A stretch of 63,206 nucleotides of DNA, the filler included, from Octopus bimaculoides (taxonomy: Eukaryota), in the NCBI RefSeq assembly GCF_001194135.2. It is 5 parts of 5 records of this genome, joined end to end, with 100 filler letters (N's around TTAATTAATTAA, not from the genome) between each part and the next. Parts side by side here need not be neighbours in the genome. Positions count along the whole stretch, not along the records: positions 1 to 25,929 come from NC_068982.1; 4 more parts are not named here. One strand, given 5' to 3'. Position 1 is the first letter of the stretch. Each line of letters opens with the position of its first letter. Below the pieces are notes generated by a model. It was not told where the DNA came from, did not search any database, and saw only the letters and a list, made by a program, of their open reading frames with translations. Both the position numbers and the translations under genes were made by a program. This document shows, in pieces, positions 1-10,688 of the stretch.

Positions 1-1
1 A

Positions 2-290
2 GACACATGAGATGTGAAGAAAATCTGTTGATTATGTAAGTTTAGTTTGTATGAAAAGTTTAGTTTGTGTGAAAAATGGAGGGGACACATGAAATGTGAA
101 GAAAACCTGTTGATTATGTAAGGTTAGTTTGCATGAAAAATGGAGGGGACACATGAAATGTGAAGAAAACCTGTTAAATATGTAAGTTTAGTTTGCATGA
201 AAAATGGAGGGGACACAGAGATGTGAAGAAAACCTGTTAAATATGTAAGTTTAGTTTGCATGAAAAATGGAGGAGACACATGAGATGTGA
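2..290. repeat. Minisatellite, ~64-bp unit, ~4.5 copies (may extend left of the window)
   Basis: Unit gacacatgaaatgtgaagaaaacctgtt...tttgcatgaaaaatggaggg recurs at 2, 84, 148, 212 and 275; the first unit carries an extra ~18-bp internal duplication. Confidence 0.9.
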
Positions 291-698
291 GGGTGCTTGG
301 CATTGACAGTGTTAAGTGATGTGTAGCAGATGAGATAGCTATGGTGGGATGAACAAGTGGTATGTGTGAACCAACTAATCAACTACTACACCTGCAAGAT
401 AAGGTGAATGTAGTAGGAGCTGATAGCAAGAAGATAACTGTGACAGATGCAGATATAGGAAGAAGATTATGTGAGGTCAAACGAGAGGATGGTGAGGTTT
501 CACTGACAAGATGAAATACCAAGAGGGGAGTGAGATTGCACTCTACAAACCATATAGCATGAAAAAAAAAACATATCAAAATATATTAAAGATGATTGAT
601 GATGCTGATAGTGATAAAAATGAAAACATCTAAACGTATATCTTGAATCTAGATCAGAGACAAAATCAACTTTCCTTTTGATACCACTATTAAAGTAG

Positions 699-900
699 CA
701 AGCTGGCAGAATTGTTAATATGTCAGACAAAATGCTTAGTGGCATTCTTGCAGTTTTTTAATATTCTGAGTTCAAATCCCACCAAGGTCAACTTTGCCTT
801 TCATCCTTTCAGGGGTCGATGAACTAAAATACCAACCATATATTGGGACTGATGTAATCAACTAGCTGCCCTTAAATTTCTGGGATTGTGCCTATATCGA
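699..900 (+). mobile_element. tRNA-headed SINE, family B (decayed copy)
   Basis: gagctggcagaa head, ttctgagttcaaatcc B-box-like motif, central ctttcatcctttcggggtcgat...aagtaccag motif. Other copies at ~14890-15030(-), 16975-17180(-), 17790-18050(+), 21550-21640(+), 22630-22830(-), 28760-28930(-), 37225-37420(+), 42575-42775(+), 44450-44670(+), 51290-51490(+), 58575-58750(+), 58770-58960(+), 59570-59790(-). Confidence 0.85.
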
Positions 901-925
901 TATTATATTAAATTAAAGGTGCAGG

Positions 926-1299
926 TATGGTGTGGTAAGAAATCTGCTTCCCAAATACATGGTTGTCAGTTCAGTCCCACTGCGTGGTACCTTGGGCAAG
1001 TATCTTCTACTAAAGCTTCACTTTGATCAAAGCCTTGTGAGTGGATTTGGTAGATGGAAACTGAAAGAAGCCAGTTGTATGTGTGTATGTGTTTGTCCTC
1101 CACCATCGCTTGGCAACCAGTGCGCGTGTGTTTAAGTCTCCATAACTTAGCAGTTCAGAAAAAGGGACTGATAGAGTAAGCACCAGGCTAGAAAATACAT
1201 AAAACTACTGGTGTCAATCCATTGAACTAAAAGTCTTCAAGGTGGTGCCCCAGCATGGCCACAGTAATGACTGAAACACATAAAAGACAAAAACATAAA
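926..1299 (+). mobile_element. tRNA-headed SINE, family A (CORE-like centre), older copy
   Basis: Same head, internal (TG/TA)n and tail as the adjacent copy at 1310-1720, with more substitutions. Confidence 0.85.
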
Positions 1300-1309
1300 A
1301 GCTACCATT

Positions 1310-1720
1310 GGCGCAGGAGTGGCTGTGTGGTAAGTAGCTTGCCTACCAACCACATGGTTCTGGGTTCAGTCCTACTGCATGGCACCTTGGGCAAGTTTCT
1401 TCTACTATAGCCTCGAGCCAACCAAAGCCTTGTGAGTGGATTTGGTAGGCGGAAACTGAAAGAAGCCCGTCGTATATATGTATATATATATATATGAATG
1501 TGTGTGTGTATGTTTGTGTGTCTGTGTTTGTCCCCCCCAACATCGCTTGACAACCGATGGTGGTGTATTTAGGTCCCCGTAACTTAGCGGTTCAGCAAAA
1601 TAGACCAATAGAATAAGTACTAGGCTTCCAAAGAATAAGTCCTGGGGTCAATTTGCTCGACTAAAGGTGGTGCTCCAGCATGGCCACAGTCAAATTATTG
1701 AAACAAGTAAAAGAGTAAAG
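1310..1720 (+). mobile_element. tRNA-headed SINE, family A, near full length
   Basis: ggcgcaggagtggctgtgtggtaag head, ggttcagtcc B-box, gcaccttgggcaag CORE-like segment, internal (TA/TG)n, tail ccagcatggcc...gaaacaagtaaaagagtaaag. Further copies at 3411-3790(+), 12545-12885(-), 14190-14520(+), 16585-16900(+), 24310-24490(-), 33000-33440(-), 39875-40030(+), 45360-45500(-), 48930-49350(-), 50575-50980(-), 51000-51610(-, with a family B copy nested inside). Confidence 0.9.
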
Positions 1721-2222
1721 ACTGCATTAGTTATGGATTATCTTTCAGCTGATAAACTGTGCAGCTTACCTCCATCTTTTTCATTGCCAACATTTATTGA
1801 TGTTTCAACCACATCATTCTTCTCTTCTGTTTACTCAAGGTTGCCAGAATTTTTTAACTGCTGCTTACTTTCAGCTTAATATTTGTTTTCCTTTCTAACA
1901 CATACACACACACTACATCACAAATTCCACAAGTAAAATCATATAATATAGAGATATGTGTAGTTGAAAATAAAGCTAACATTATCAAAGGAATAAACCT
2001 ATACCACAGTCTCCCGTCTAAAAACCAATAGGTGACCCACTATGTGGTCGCTAGACATGCAAGAAAGAGCACTCAAGTTTTCCTCAAATAGTACACTAGT
2101 CTTAAAGAGACATGGATAATGTCTGTCTTGTTTTTTTGTTTATCTTCAATTATTTTTTGTTTTATTCATTGGACCATGGCCATGCTGGGGTCTACTTCAG
2201 AGGATTCAAACAAATCAACCCC

Positions 2223-2590
2223 ATTATTTACATTATTTACATTTGATGGATATTTGTCCTCATCTTGTTTGTTGTTAATACGTTTCGGCTGATATGCCCT
2301 CCAGCCTTCATCAGGTGTCTTGGGGAAATACACTCCATAATTGCCCCACAGGGATATAGCATAGTGGTTAAGAGTGCGGGCTACTAACCCCAAGATTCCG
2401 AGTTTGATTCCAGGTAGTGACCTGAATAATAATAATAACAACAACAACAACAACATCGAAAAATACCTTAGGAATGAGAACCTAGGTTAAAAATTTCCTC
2501 GAGACACCTGGAGGGTATATCAGCCAAAACATTGTGTTAACAACAAACAAGATGAGAACAAATATCCGTCAAATGTAAGTAATGTAAATT
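2223..2590 (+). mobile_element. Fold-back element: inverted Penelope-like hammerhead-bearing arms flanking a tRNA-like head
   Basis: Arms 2223-2328 and 2492-2590 are inverted copies. tRNA-like A/B-box head at 2351-2422 followed by (AAT/AAC)n. Minus-strand CTGATGA-AGGCTG...CAGCC-GAAACGT at 2314-2280. A second locus is at 36811-36950. Confidence 0.75.
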
Positions 2591-2804
2591 AAGTACCAGT
2601 TGTATACTGGGTCGCTCTAATCGACTAGCTCCCTCCCCCAAAATTGACCTTTCTTTCATTTTTATTTATGTGTATCAGTGTACCAATGTTAGAAATTAAT
2701 AACTAGCATTGCTAATTAATGTACATGTCCAATTAAAAAGTTTCATGTAAATACACCATGTTAAAATGATTCCAAGAATAGGAAACAGCTTGAAGAAAAA
2801 AATA

Positions 2805-2836
<32 letters not shown>

Positions 2837-4549
2837 CCACACACACACCATTGCTGATGTAAATTAAACTTCAAATAATTAATTTGAACCCAATCCAATA
2901 AGTTTCTAAAGAGTAACAAAAGATAACAAAATCATTATGACTGATTATAAGAGTCACAAAAGCAACTGCTGTTAAACACAGGAAATGTGGAAGTTCATCA
3001 AATCTTTGTATGCAACTATGTGTGTGTATATGTGTGTGTATATATGTGTGTGCGTGTATAGGGGTCTGTGTTTGGGGTGATGGGAGACAGTCTATTTTGT
3101 GGGGTGTCTGCCAAATAAGGGCGTGCATGTGTGTGCGTTGGTACATTCAGCTTGTGCTATATATAATTATATANNNNNNNNNNNNNNNNNNNNNNNNNNN
3201 NNNNNNNNNNNNNNNNNNNNNNNNNNNNNNNNNNNNNNNNNNNNNNNNNNNNNNNNNNNNNNNNNNNNNNNNNNNNNNNNNNNNNNNNNNNNNNNNNNNN
3301 NNNNNNNNNNNNNNNNNNNNNNNNNNNNNNNNNNNNNNNNNNNNNNNNNNNNNNNNNNNNNNNNNAGACCAATGAAATAAGTATCAAACTTAAAAAATAA
3401 TGAACATTGGTGTAGGAGTGGGTGTGTGGTAAGTAGCTTGCTTACCAACCACATGGTTCCAGGTTCAGTCCCACTGTGTAACACCTTGGGCAAGTAAGTG
3501 TCTTCTACTATAGCCTTGGGCCAACCAAAGCCTTGTGAGTGGATTTGGTAGGTGGAAACTGAAAGAAGCCTGTTGTATATATGGATATATATATGTATGT
3601 GTGTGTATATGTTTGTGTGTCTGTGTTTGTCCCCCCGGCATCGCTTGACAACCGATGCTGGTGAGTTTGTGTCCCCGTAGCTTAGCGGTTTGACAAAAGA
3701 GACTGATAGAATAAGTACTGGGGTCAATTTGCTCGACTAAAGGTGGTGCTCCAGCATGGCAGCAGCCAAATGACTGAAACAAGTAAAAGAGTATTGGGGT
3801 CGATTTGTTTGACTAAAATTCTTAAAGTTGGTGCCCCAGCATGGGCTCAGTTTAATGACTGAAACAAGTAAAAAAAAGGTAATGTCCACTTTTCCATGCT
3901 TGCATGGGTCAGACAGAGTCTAATGAGGCAGATTTTCTACGATTGGACGTCCTTCTGACCTGTTTCCAAGTCAGTTAATATTTCTCATAGCTAGACATGT
4001 TTTTCCATGGAAGACTGGAAATGAAGCACATCACTTGAATGAGGGTGAGGATTGTTTACAATCATCAAATGATGTCAAGACAAGGGCACACATACACACA
4101 CACACACATATGCATGCATGCATGTGTTGCAAGTCACTTGGAAACCTCACAAGAGCTGGTGGAAGGAAAAAAAGCACCCACAACACACTTTAAAGTGGCT
4201 GGCATTAGGAAGGGCATCCAGCTGTCGAAACCATGTCCAAGCTGACAAGGAACACAATGCAGCCCCGAGGCTCACCAGATCCTGTCAAACAGTTCAGTTC
4301 CTGCCAGTATGAAAAACAGACAATGAATGAAGATGATGACGATGATGACAAGCTTCCACACAGCTTTCAGCTTCCAAACCCACTCACAATGCTTTGGTTA
4401 GCTTTGGGCTATAGTAGAAGACACTTTCCCAAGGTGCCACAGAGCCTGAAATTTGTGAGAGGGGTCTAGTCGATTGCATCGACCCCAGTGTTCAACTGGT
4501 ACTTATTTCATTAATCTCAAAAGGCATGAAATGCAAAGTCAATCTTAGC

Positions 4550-4581
<32 letters not shown>

Positions 4582-4674
4582 TATAATAATAATAATAAAT
4601 TCCTGGATGCAGTACAAGGCAGTAGCTCTCATGGCTTCTGATCTTAATTGACTGGAAGTGTTATCATGTACATT

Positions 4675-5245
4675 GGGCCTCACCGAGGCGATGACTACTG
4701 ACCGAGACCTTTGGAAATGTGCTGTGCGTGAGAAGACCCGGCAAGCCAAGTAAGATCGTTGCCAGTGCCCCTGGACTGGCTCTTGTGCGGGTGGCACATA
4801 AGATGCACCATTTTGAGCGTGGCCGTTGCCAGTACCGCCTGACTGGCTTCCGTAGGATTTTCGAGTGAGATCATTGCCAGTGCCCCTGGACTGGCTTGTG
4901 CGGGTGGCACATAAAAGACACCATTTCGAGCGTGGCCGTTTTCGTGCGGGTGACACGTAAAAGCACCCACTANNNNNNNNNNNNNNNNNNNNNNNNNNNN
5001 NNNNNNNNNNNNNNNNNNNNNNNNNNNNNNNNNNNNNNNNNNNNNNNNNNNNNNNNNNNNNNNNNNNNNNACCCACTACACTCTCTGAGTGGTTGGCGTT
5101 AGGAAGGGCATCCAGCTGTAGAAACTCTGCCAAATTTAGATTGGAGCTTGGTGTTGCCATCCGGTTTCACCAGTCCTCAGTCAAATCGTCCAACCCATGC
5201 TAGCATGGAAAGCGGACGTTAAACGATGATGATGATGATGATGAC
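4675..5245 (+). mobile_element. 5'-truncated RTE-clade LINE 3' end (ORF C-terminus plus 3'UTR)
   Basis: Translates LGLTEAMTTDRDLWKCAVREKTRQAK*, then repeated gccagt..actggc/gtggcac modules, taggaagggcatccagctgtagaaac, and tail ggaaagcggacgttaaac(gat)n. Confidence 0.85.
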
Positions 5246-5249
5246 GATT

Positions 5250-5736
5250 GCTTTGTGTTGGTATAAAAAGATGGGCTACAGCAAATATTCTACTTGATAC
5301 CACAGATTTGTTTGACCATAACCAGTTGAGCATGTCCCTTGGTGGCTGACGATATGTGCATCTCTGATCACGAGCAGAAGTAGTGGGGGAGCATCATAGC
5401 CATATGTTGAGAAGAATTCCTTGGGGTTTGAATAATTCACCTTTGGAAACATGGGTGTTTTGCTCAACATCCTTAAACAAACCTTATTCAGGGACCTTTG
5501 AAGCAGGATGGGCTACTCAGCCTGAAGAAAATTCTAACTGGGACCCACCTGTGAGGTCTTGCACTCTTTATCTTGATATGAGATCATCATATCACACACA
5601 TATGGTTGTGATGCATGTGCCTGGTGTACCCTTATCAGTCAGGTAGTCATGATGGGTATATTGGGCTTCGTATATTATTATCCCAGTGTCACTTTGATGG
5701 CATGTACTGCTCTCTCACTCAATAATAATAATAATA
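5250..5736 (+). mobile_element. Unclassified interspersed repeat ending in (AAT)n
   Basis: A partial, internally deleted second copy lies at ~45935-46080 (ataccacagatttg...gcatgt...gatatgtgcatctctgatca...gttgagaa...gggtttgaataa); ends ctctcactc(aat)n. Confidence 0.6.
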
Positions 5737-6730
5737 ACTAGCAGAGGCACCCGGCGTTGCTCGGGAATGAAATTGTTGCTTATATACTTGAAGAAAAAAA
5801 GGCAAAATATGCTGTATAGAAATTTGAGGACATTCTGTAGATGGACTCTCAGATGAATGATGGCTGGGAGCCTCTCATGAATGGGGAAAATTGAAGATGT
5901 GCCAAAAAGCCTCATTGGTACTTGGAAACTTTTACAAAAATTAAAATGGGGATTAAATGAAAAAAATTATTTACGTGAATATCCTCACAAGAGAAATTGA
6001 AATAAATGGCGATTGTGGACCCCTCCCCCACGCACGCNNNNNNNNNNNNNNNNNNNNNNNNNNNNNNNNNNNNNNNNNNNNNNNNNNNNNNNNNNNNNNN
6101 NNNNNNNNNNNNNNNNNNNNNNNNNNNNNNNNNNNNNNNNNNNNNNNNNNNNNNNNNNNNNNNNNNNNNNNNNNNNNNNNNNNNNNNNNNNNNNNNNNNN
6201 NNNNNNNNNNNNNNNNNNNNNNNNNNNNNNNNNNNNNNNNNNNNNNNNNNNNNNNNNNNNNNNNNNNNNNNNNNNNNNNNNNNNNNNNNNNNNNNNNNNN
6301 NNNNNNNNNNNNNNNNNNNNNNNNNNNNNNNNNNNNNNNNNNNNNNNNNNNNNNNNNNNNNNNNNNNNNNNNNNNNNNNNNNNNNNNNNNNNNNNNNNNN
6401 NNNNNNNNNNNNNNNNNNNNNNNNNNNNNNNNNNNNNNNNNNNNNNNNNNNNNNNNNNNNNNNNNNNNNNCTCACACACAAAATAGAGAGTGAAGCTTTT
6501 TGCCGTTGTTAGGTCAATACCGGAAGTTGACATTAAGGAACCTTTTTAAAGAAGTGAATCTTAAATATAAAGCAATATTATTTATTTTTAATTAAAAAAA
6601 TCAAATGAAGTGCCTAACATTTATCCGAGGTCAAATTATTCATGCATCACAAGTATGGAAGCATTTGGTGAAGTCGATTTCACGTGAAAAGCGATTACAC
6701 ACACATCTCTGTTTTATATATAGTATAGAT
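5737..6730 (+). mobile_element. Non-autonomous Helitron/Helentron-like (HINE/Lep1-type) element
   Basis: Starts actagcag..cccggcgttgctcggg (subterminal stem-loop), internal microsatellite running into an N gap, ends acacacatctctgttttatatatagtatagat. Confidence 0.6.
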
Positions 6731-6731
6731 A

Positions 6732-6862
6732 AAGGTGGTTGGTGTTAGGAAGGGCATTCAGCTGTAAAATCAATGCCAAAACAGATACAGAAGCCTGGTG
6801 CAGGCCCCTGCCTGGCTAGCTCCAGTCAAACCGTCAAACCCATGCCAACTTAGAAGGCAGAC

Positions 6863-6914
<52 letters not shown>

Positions 6915-7120
6915 GGTTGTTGGTGTTAGAAAGGGCATTCAGCTGTAAAATCAATGCCAAAACAGATACAGAAGCCTGGTGCAGGCCCCTGCCTGGCTAG
7001 GTCCAGTCAAACTGTCAAACCCATGCCAACTTGGAAGGCAGACATATAATAATGATAATAATGATAATAATAATAATAATAATAATAATGATTATGATGA
7101 TGATGATGATGATGATGCAG
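6732..7120 (+). repeat. Local tandem duplication of an RTE 3'-tail fragment (2 x ~180 bp)
   Basis: 6732-6910 and 6912-7120 share the same diagnostic substitutions and differ at about 5 sites plus tail composition. Confidence 0.85.
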
Positions 7121-7267
7121 AGCACTAAATTGTAGGGCAATAACTTGGAAGGAAGCGAGAAACATAAACAGATCATGAGATGTGAATAAACTTTTGCCAC
7201 TCCTACAACTATTATCAGAGAGATATCATATCAACAGATATGCACACCTACAAGAAACAACATATAC

Positions 7268-7328
<61 letters not shown>

Positions 7329-7351
7329 CATACATACATACACATATATAT

Positions 7352-7425
7352 ATGGGAGAATATACAAATAATAACAACAGACGAGGACAGGTGGTGTAAA
7401 TAACAAAAGTATATATTAGTATGAC
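7352..7425. mobile_element. Young repeat fragment, probably Penelope-like pseudo-LTR
   Basis: atgggagaatatacaaataataacaacagacgaggacaggtggtgtaaataacaaaagtatattagtatgacgc is identical at 53898-53971; both copies abut (TA)n. The Penelope assignment rests on layout similarity to 62200-62380. Confidence 0.55.
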
Positions 7426-7825
7426 GCATATATATATATGTATATATATGCACACCACACGCACACATAGATAAAATGTTAGTTACTTTGTTAGTTGCAT
7501 TAGCAAAAGGAAGGTAATATAAATCAATAAAGACAAGAAAGAGCAGGAGGAAGAAAGAAAGAAAGGCAGAGAAGGAAGAGAGACAGACAGAGAGAGGAGG
7601 AGTGATATGGAGAGGGTGGGGAGAGAAAGAGAAAGAGAAGAATAGAACTGTTTAAATGTCAGTACTTCCAAACTGAGGTGCAGTTTCAAATTACTAAAGC
7701 ATGTGTTATTTGGCAAAGTTACCTTAATTTCAGTTGGAGATTCTTTTAATGACAATACCACATAGACATATGCACATCCGTTTGTGTGCGTATGTGTGTA
7801 AGAGAGAGAGAGAGAAGCAGCTGAC

Positions 7826-7889
7826 CTTGCTATAGATAGGGACCAATAGCAAAAGAAGATTAGCCCAGTGTTTTCCAAACACAGCATCT
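7826..7889 (-). CDS. Candidate internal exon (64 nt, phase 2 to 0): DAVFGKHWANLLLLLVPIYSK
   Basis: Acceptor ttcttctgttttcgtaatgtaAG, donor AAG|GTCAGC, open frame. No homology check possible. Confidence 0.3.
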
Positions 7890-7917
7890 CTTACATTACG
7901 AAAACAGAAGAATTTAA

Positions 7918-8139
7918 CCCTTTCGTTATTGTATTTCTGTTGAGATGCTCTGTTTTTCTTTCAATTAATTTTAAATATAACAAAGAGTTTAGTAAAATAA
8001 CTTAGTTATCATTAAGTTAGTGTTAGGAACATAAATTGTGACTAAGGTTTGGTGGAAGATTTTAATTAAAAACTTATGGAAACAAGACATTTGTACTACA
8101 GAGCCAGAGCTGGTTTCAGCCAAGTTGGTAACAAAAGGG
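7918..8139. mobile_element. piggyBac-type MITE (222 bp)
   Basis: TTAA (7914-7917), CCCTTTCGTTA...TAACAAAAGGG termini, TTAA (8140-8143). Confidence 0.85.
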
Positions 8140-8329
8140 TTAAGAAAGACCAGGTGAGATGTTTCTTTTGTGGTTAAGGTATTCATTGCCCACCTTAGTA
8201 GTTTCAGGTTGACTCCCACAGCATTGGCATGTTGGACAAGGGTCTAACTTAGTTTGACAAAGACAGCAGCAAAATTAGCACCAAAGTCCTAAAAACAATA
8301 AGTATTGGGGTTAATGTCACGTGATCAAC

Positions 8330-8615
8330 CAGACTATCAGGTATTGCTATACATCACTATGCACAATGCACTTTGCATCATTTTAGCTTTTGTATGATGC
8401 TACCCCACCGACTAGGCAAGCAGGCCAGCATTCCCCACCCTGATCAGAAGACTATTCTGTCACAACAATACCCTATTTACAGTTGGGTAGACTGGAGCAA
8501 TGTGAAATGAAGTGTTTTGCTCAAGAACACAATGTTCAGCTGATCTAGGGAATCAAAACATTGATCTCACAATTATGAGGGCAACACACCTAACCACTGG
8601 GTCATGCACCTTCAC
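8330..8615 (-). mobile_element. tRNA-headed SINE, family D (decayed)
   Basis: Minus strand gtgaaggtgcatgacccagtggttagg...tgtgttcttgagcaaaacacttcatttcacattgctccagt; related pieces at ~16030-16270 and 18800-18920. Confidence 0.65.
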
Positions 8616-8791
8616 AAAGGGGAGAAGAGCGGGCCTACAATTGACTAAATCTTTGAAGGCAGTGTTTTGATTTAGCTGCTATGTCTAGCTAGATAAGCTG
8701 CTACATAATGGTTCCCAGGTAAACTTGTGAGTTCAAAAGATTGGTGAAGGATGGGATTGACTCACAAAGCAATTAACTAAAAATTTACCTG

Positions 8792-8933
8792 TGCTGGTGC
8801 CATGTATAAAGCGCCCACGCTGGTGCCGCATATAAAGTGCCTGTGCTGGTGTCACATATAAAGTGTCCATGCTGGTGCCACATATAAAGCACCCGTGCTG
8901 GTGTCACATATAGAGCACCCAAGCTGGTGTCAC
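8792..8933 (+). repeat. 26-bp tandem repeat, ~5.5 copies
   Basis: tgctggtgccacatataaagcacccg-like units start at 8792, 8818, 8844, 8870, 8896 and 8922; the unit resembles the RTE 3'UTR module ggtggcacgtaaaagcaccc. Confidence 0.9.
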
Positions 8934-8974
8934 GAGAGCTTGACAGGTGTCTCCAACTAGCAGACCATTGCTAC

Positions 8975-9017
8975 TCCAGACTGATGACGAGCAAAGACTC
9001 AGAAACATGCCTCTGGA
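8975..9017 (+). ncRNA. Type I minimal hammerhead-ribozyme-like motif (degenerate)
   Basis: TCCAGA-CTGATGA-cGAGcaaagaCTCa-GAAA-CATGCC-TCTGGA: perfect 6-bp helix I, 3-bp helix II, intact CUGAUGA and GAAA; U16.1 is replaced by C. Confidence 0.55.
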
Positions 9018-9974
9018 TGCAGGCTTAGCTGGGTGGAGGTGCTTGTCTCCTTGTAAACATAAGGACACAGGAAATGTGTCAAGGCCAACAGGAAGTGGTG
9101 CTGCTTCCAAGGGCTAAATAGAAGATTATTATTCCCTTCATGGGACTGTCACATTAATTTGACAGCATACAACTACTTTATATATATATATACTTATACA
9201 AATATACATACATACATATACACATATATATATGTATATATATTTACATATATACATGTGTAAAAGGTTGAATGTGGATTTGTCCTTTAATCGGAGTGGT
9301 TTCCAAAAACATTTCTAACGCTGATTCTTCATACTTTGCTGAGAGTTTACTGGTGTAAATTGGGATTGATATGAAAAGTAGTATTAGTATATTAAGTGCA
9401 TGATTAATTTACAGAGTGAAGTTCTACAAATCCAATCATATTTGTCAAAAATGGAGGAGATAAGCTGTTAAAAAGTTGTAAGAAATTTATTCATGCATAC
9501 AATCGTTTCGTACATAGATATAAATTCATTTTTGAATTTACAAATAACATAGTACTCATCAGTGTAGAGAAAACATAATAGGAACTTTAAAAAAGAGCAG
9601 AGAAGTAGGATCTATGAGTTTCATGTTTATCTGTTCCTATCTATGTGTGATAGCAATGGTAGCCATGCCAATTATATATTTCAAGGATGCCTTATCCTCA
9701 TTAGGGATTAATTGATCCAAAATTTCATTGGTTTAATCTCCATCACATTAAAAGAAAATTTCTACGTTGTGTTATGGATTATAATAGTTAAATATAATAA
9801 TATAAGAAAATGGAGAGATAAATATGTGTATTTAATTTATTTGCAGCATAGTTTGTTTTTAAGATATCAATACAAATACATTTCTTTTTTAAAAAAAACA
9901 CCATAGAAGACTCAAAAACCTACACATGTTTTGATTCTGGCTCCTTGGTAATACATTATTCAAAATACAAGTTC

Positions 9975-10460
9975 ATCATCATCATCATCATCATCATCGT
10001 TTAACGTCCGCTTTCCATGCTAGCATGGGTTGGACGATTTGACTGAGGACTGGTGAAACCAGATGGCTAAACCTTTGTTACCATTAAAACAAAAATCCTG
10101 AAGAGATTCTATCCCTTACAACTTAAATTCTTAATATTGGATTTAACCCAAATGTTTAGAATAATGTATTATTATCAAGGGGCTAGAATCGAAACATGTA
10201 GGTTCTTGAGTCTTCTACGGTGTTTCATAAAAAGAAATTTATTTGTATCGCCAGTACCGCCAGACTGGCCCTCATGCCAGTGGCACGTAAAAGCACCCAC
10301 TACACTCTCGGAGTGGTTGGCGTTAGGAAGGGCATCCAGCTGTAGAAACTTTGCCAGATCAGATTGGAGCTCGGTGTCGCCTCCTGGTCTACCAGTCCTC
10401 AGTCAAATCGTCCAACCCATGCTAGCATGGAAAGCGGACGTTAAACGACGATGATGATGA
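9975..10460. mobile_element. Head-to-head pair of RTE 3'-tail fragments
   Basis: Minus-strand tail at 9975-10068 and plus-strand copy at 10250-10460. Other RTE 3' fragments: 4140-4350(+), 13530-13745(+), 13760-14070(+), 18075-18135(-), 18340-18730(+), 20258-20610(-), 25405-25835(-), 31435-31625(-), 33650-33950(+), 35740-35960(+), 42185-42490(-), 43220-43320(+), 44245-44390(-), 53746-53836(+), 54410-54644(-). Confidence 0.85.
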
Positions 10461-10688
10461 GGAGGATTTCAAAAATAAACTCTGATGCAAATAAATTAAA
10501 TATACATATTTATCTCTCCATTTTCTTATATTACTAATTTTATCTATATATATACATATATATATATATATCTGCAGAGAGCTAGGCTATATATACCTGC
10601 ATAGATACATATTTACATGCATACATACCAGCAAACATACACAGATACATACCTGCATATGGACATATGTAAATACACATATACCTAC

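Noticed and set aside
290-560. GC-richer unique stretch, possibly an old LINE fragment or exon
   Set aside because: No recognisable motif in any frame.
1749-1879. Exon-like segment: plus ADKLCSLPPSF... or minus 1826-1770 EEKNDVVETSINVGNEKDG|GTAAGC
   Set aside because: Each strand has one good and one weak splice site, so the strand cannot be chosen. Similar ambiguous segments at 14816-14856(+), 23359-23410(+), 24850-25040, 34396-34446, 35240-35300, 36190-36245, 42781-42900 and 46190-46250 were left uncalled.
2351-2422. Possible functional tRNA gene
   Set aside because: The acceptor stem does not pair and the B box is degenerate; it is a SINE-type head.
9415-9477. AG...GTAAGA-bounded 63-nt segment
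   Set aside because: Stops in all three frames.
10041-10062. CTGAGGA-CTGGT-GAAAC in antisense RTE tails
   Set aside because: Only 5 nt between the core segments, too short for helix II; it is a simple CTGG/CCAG hairpin.
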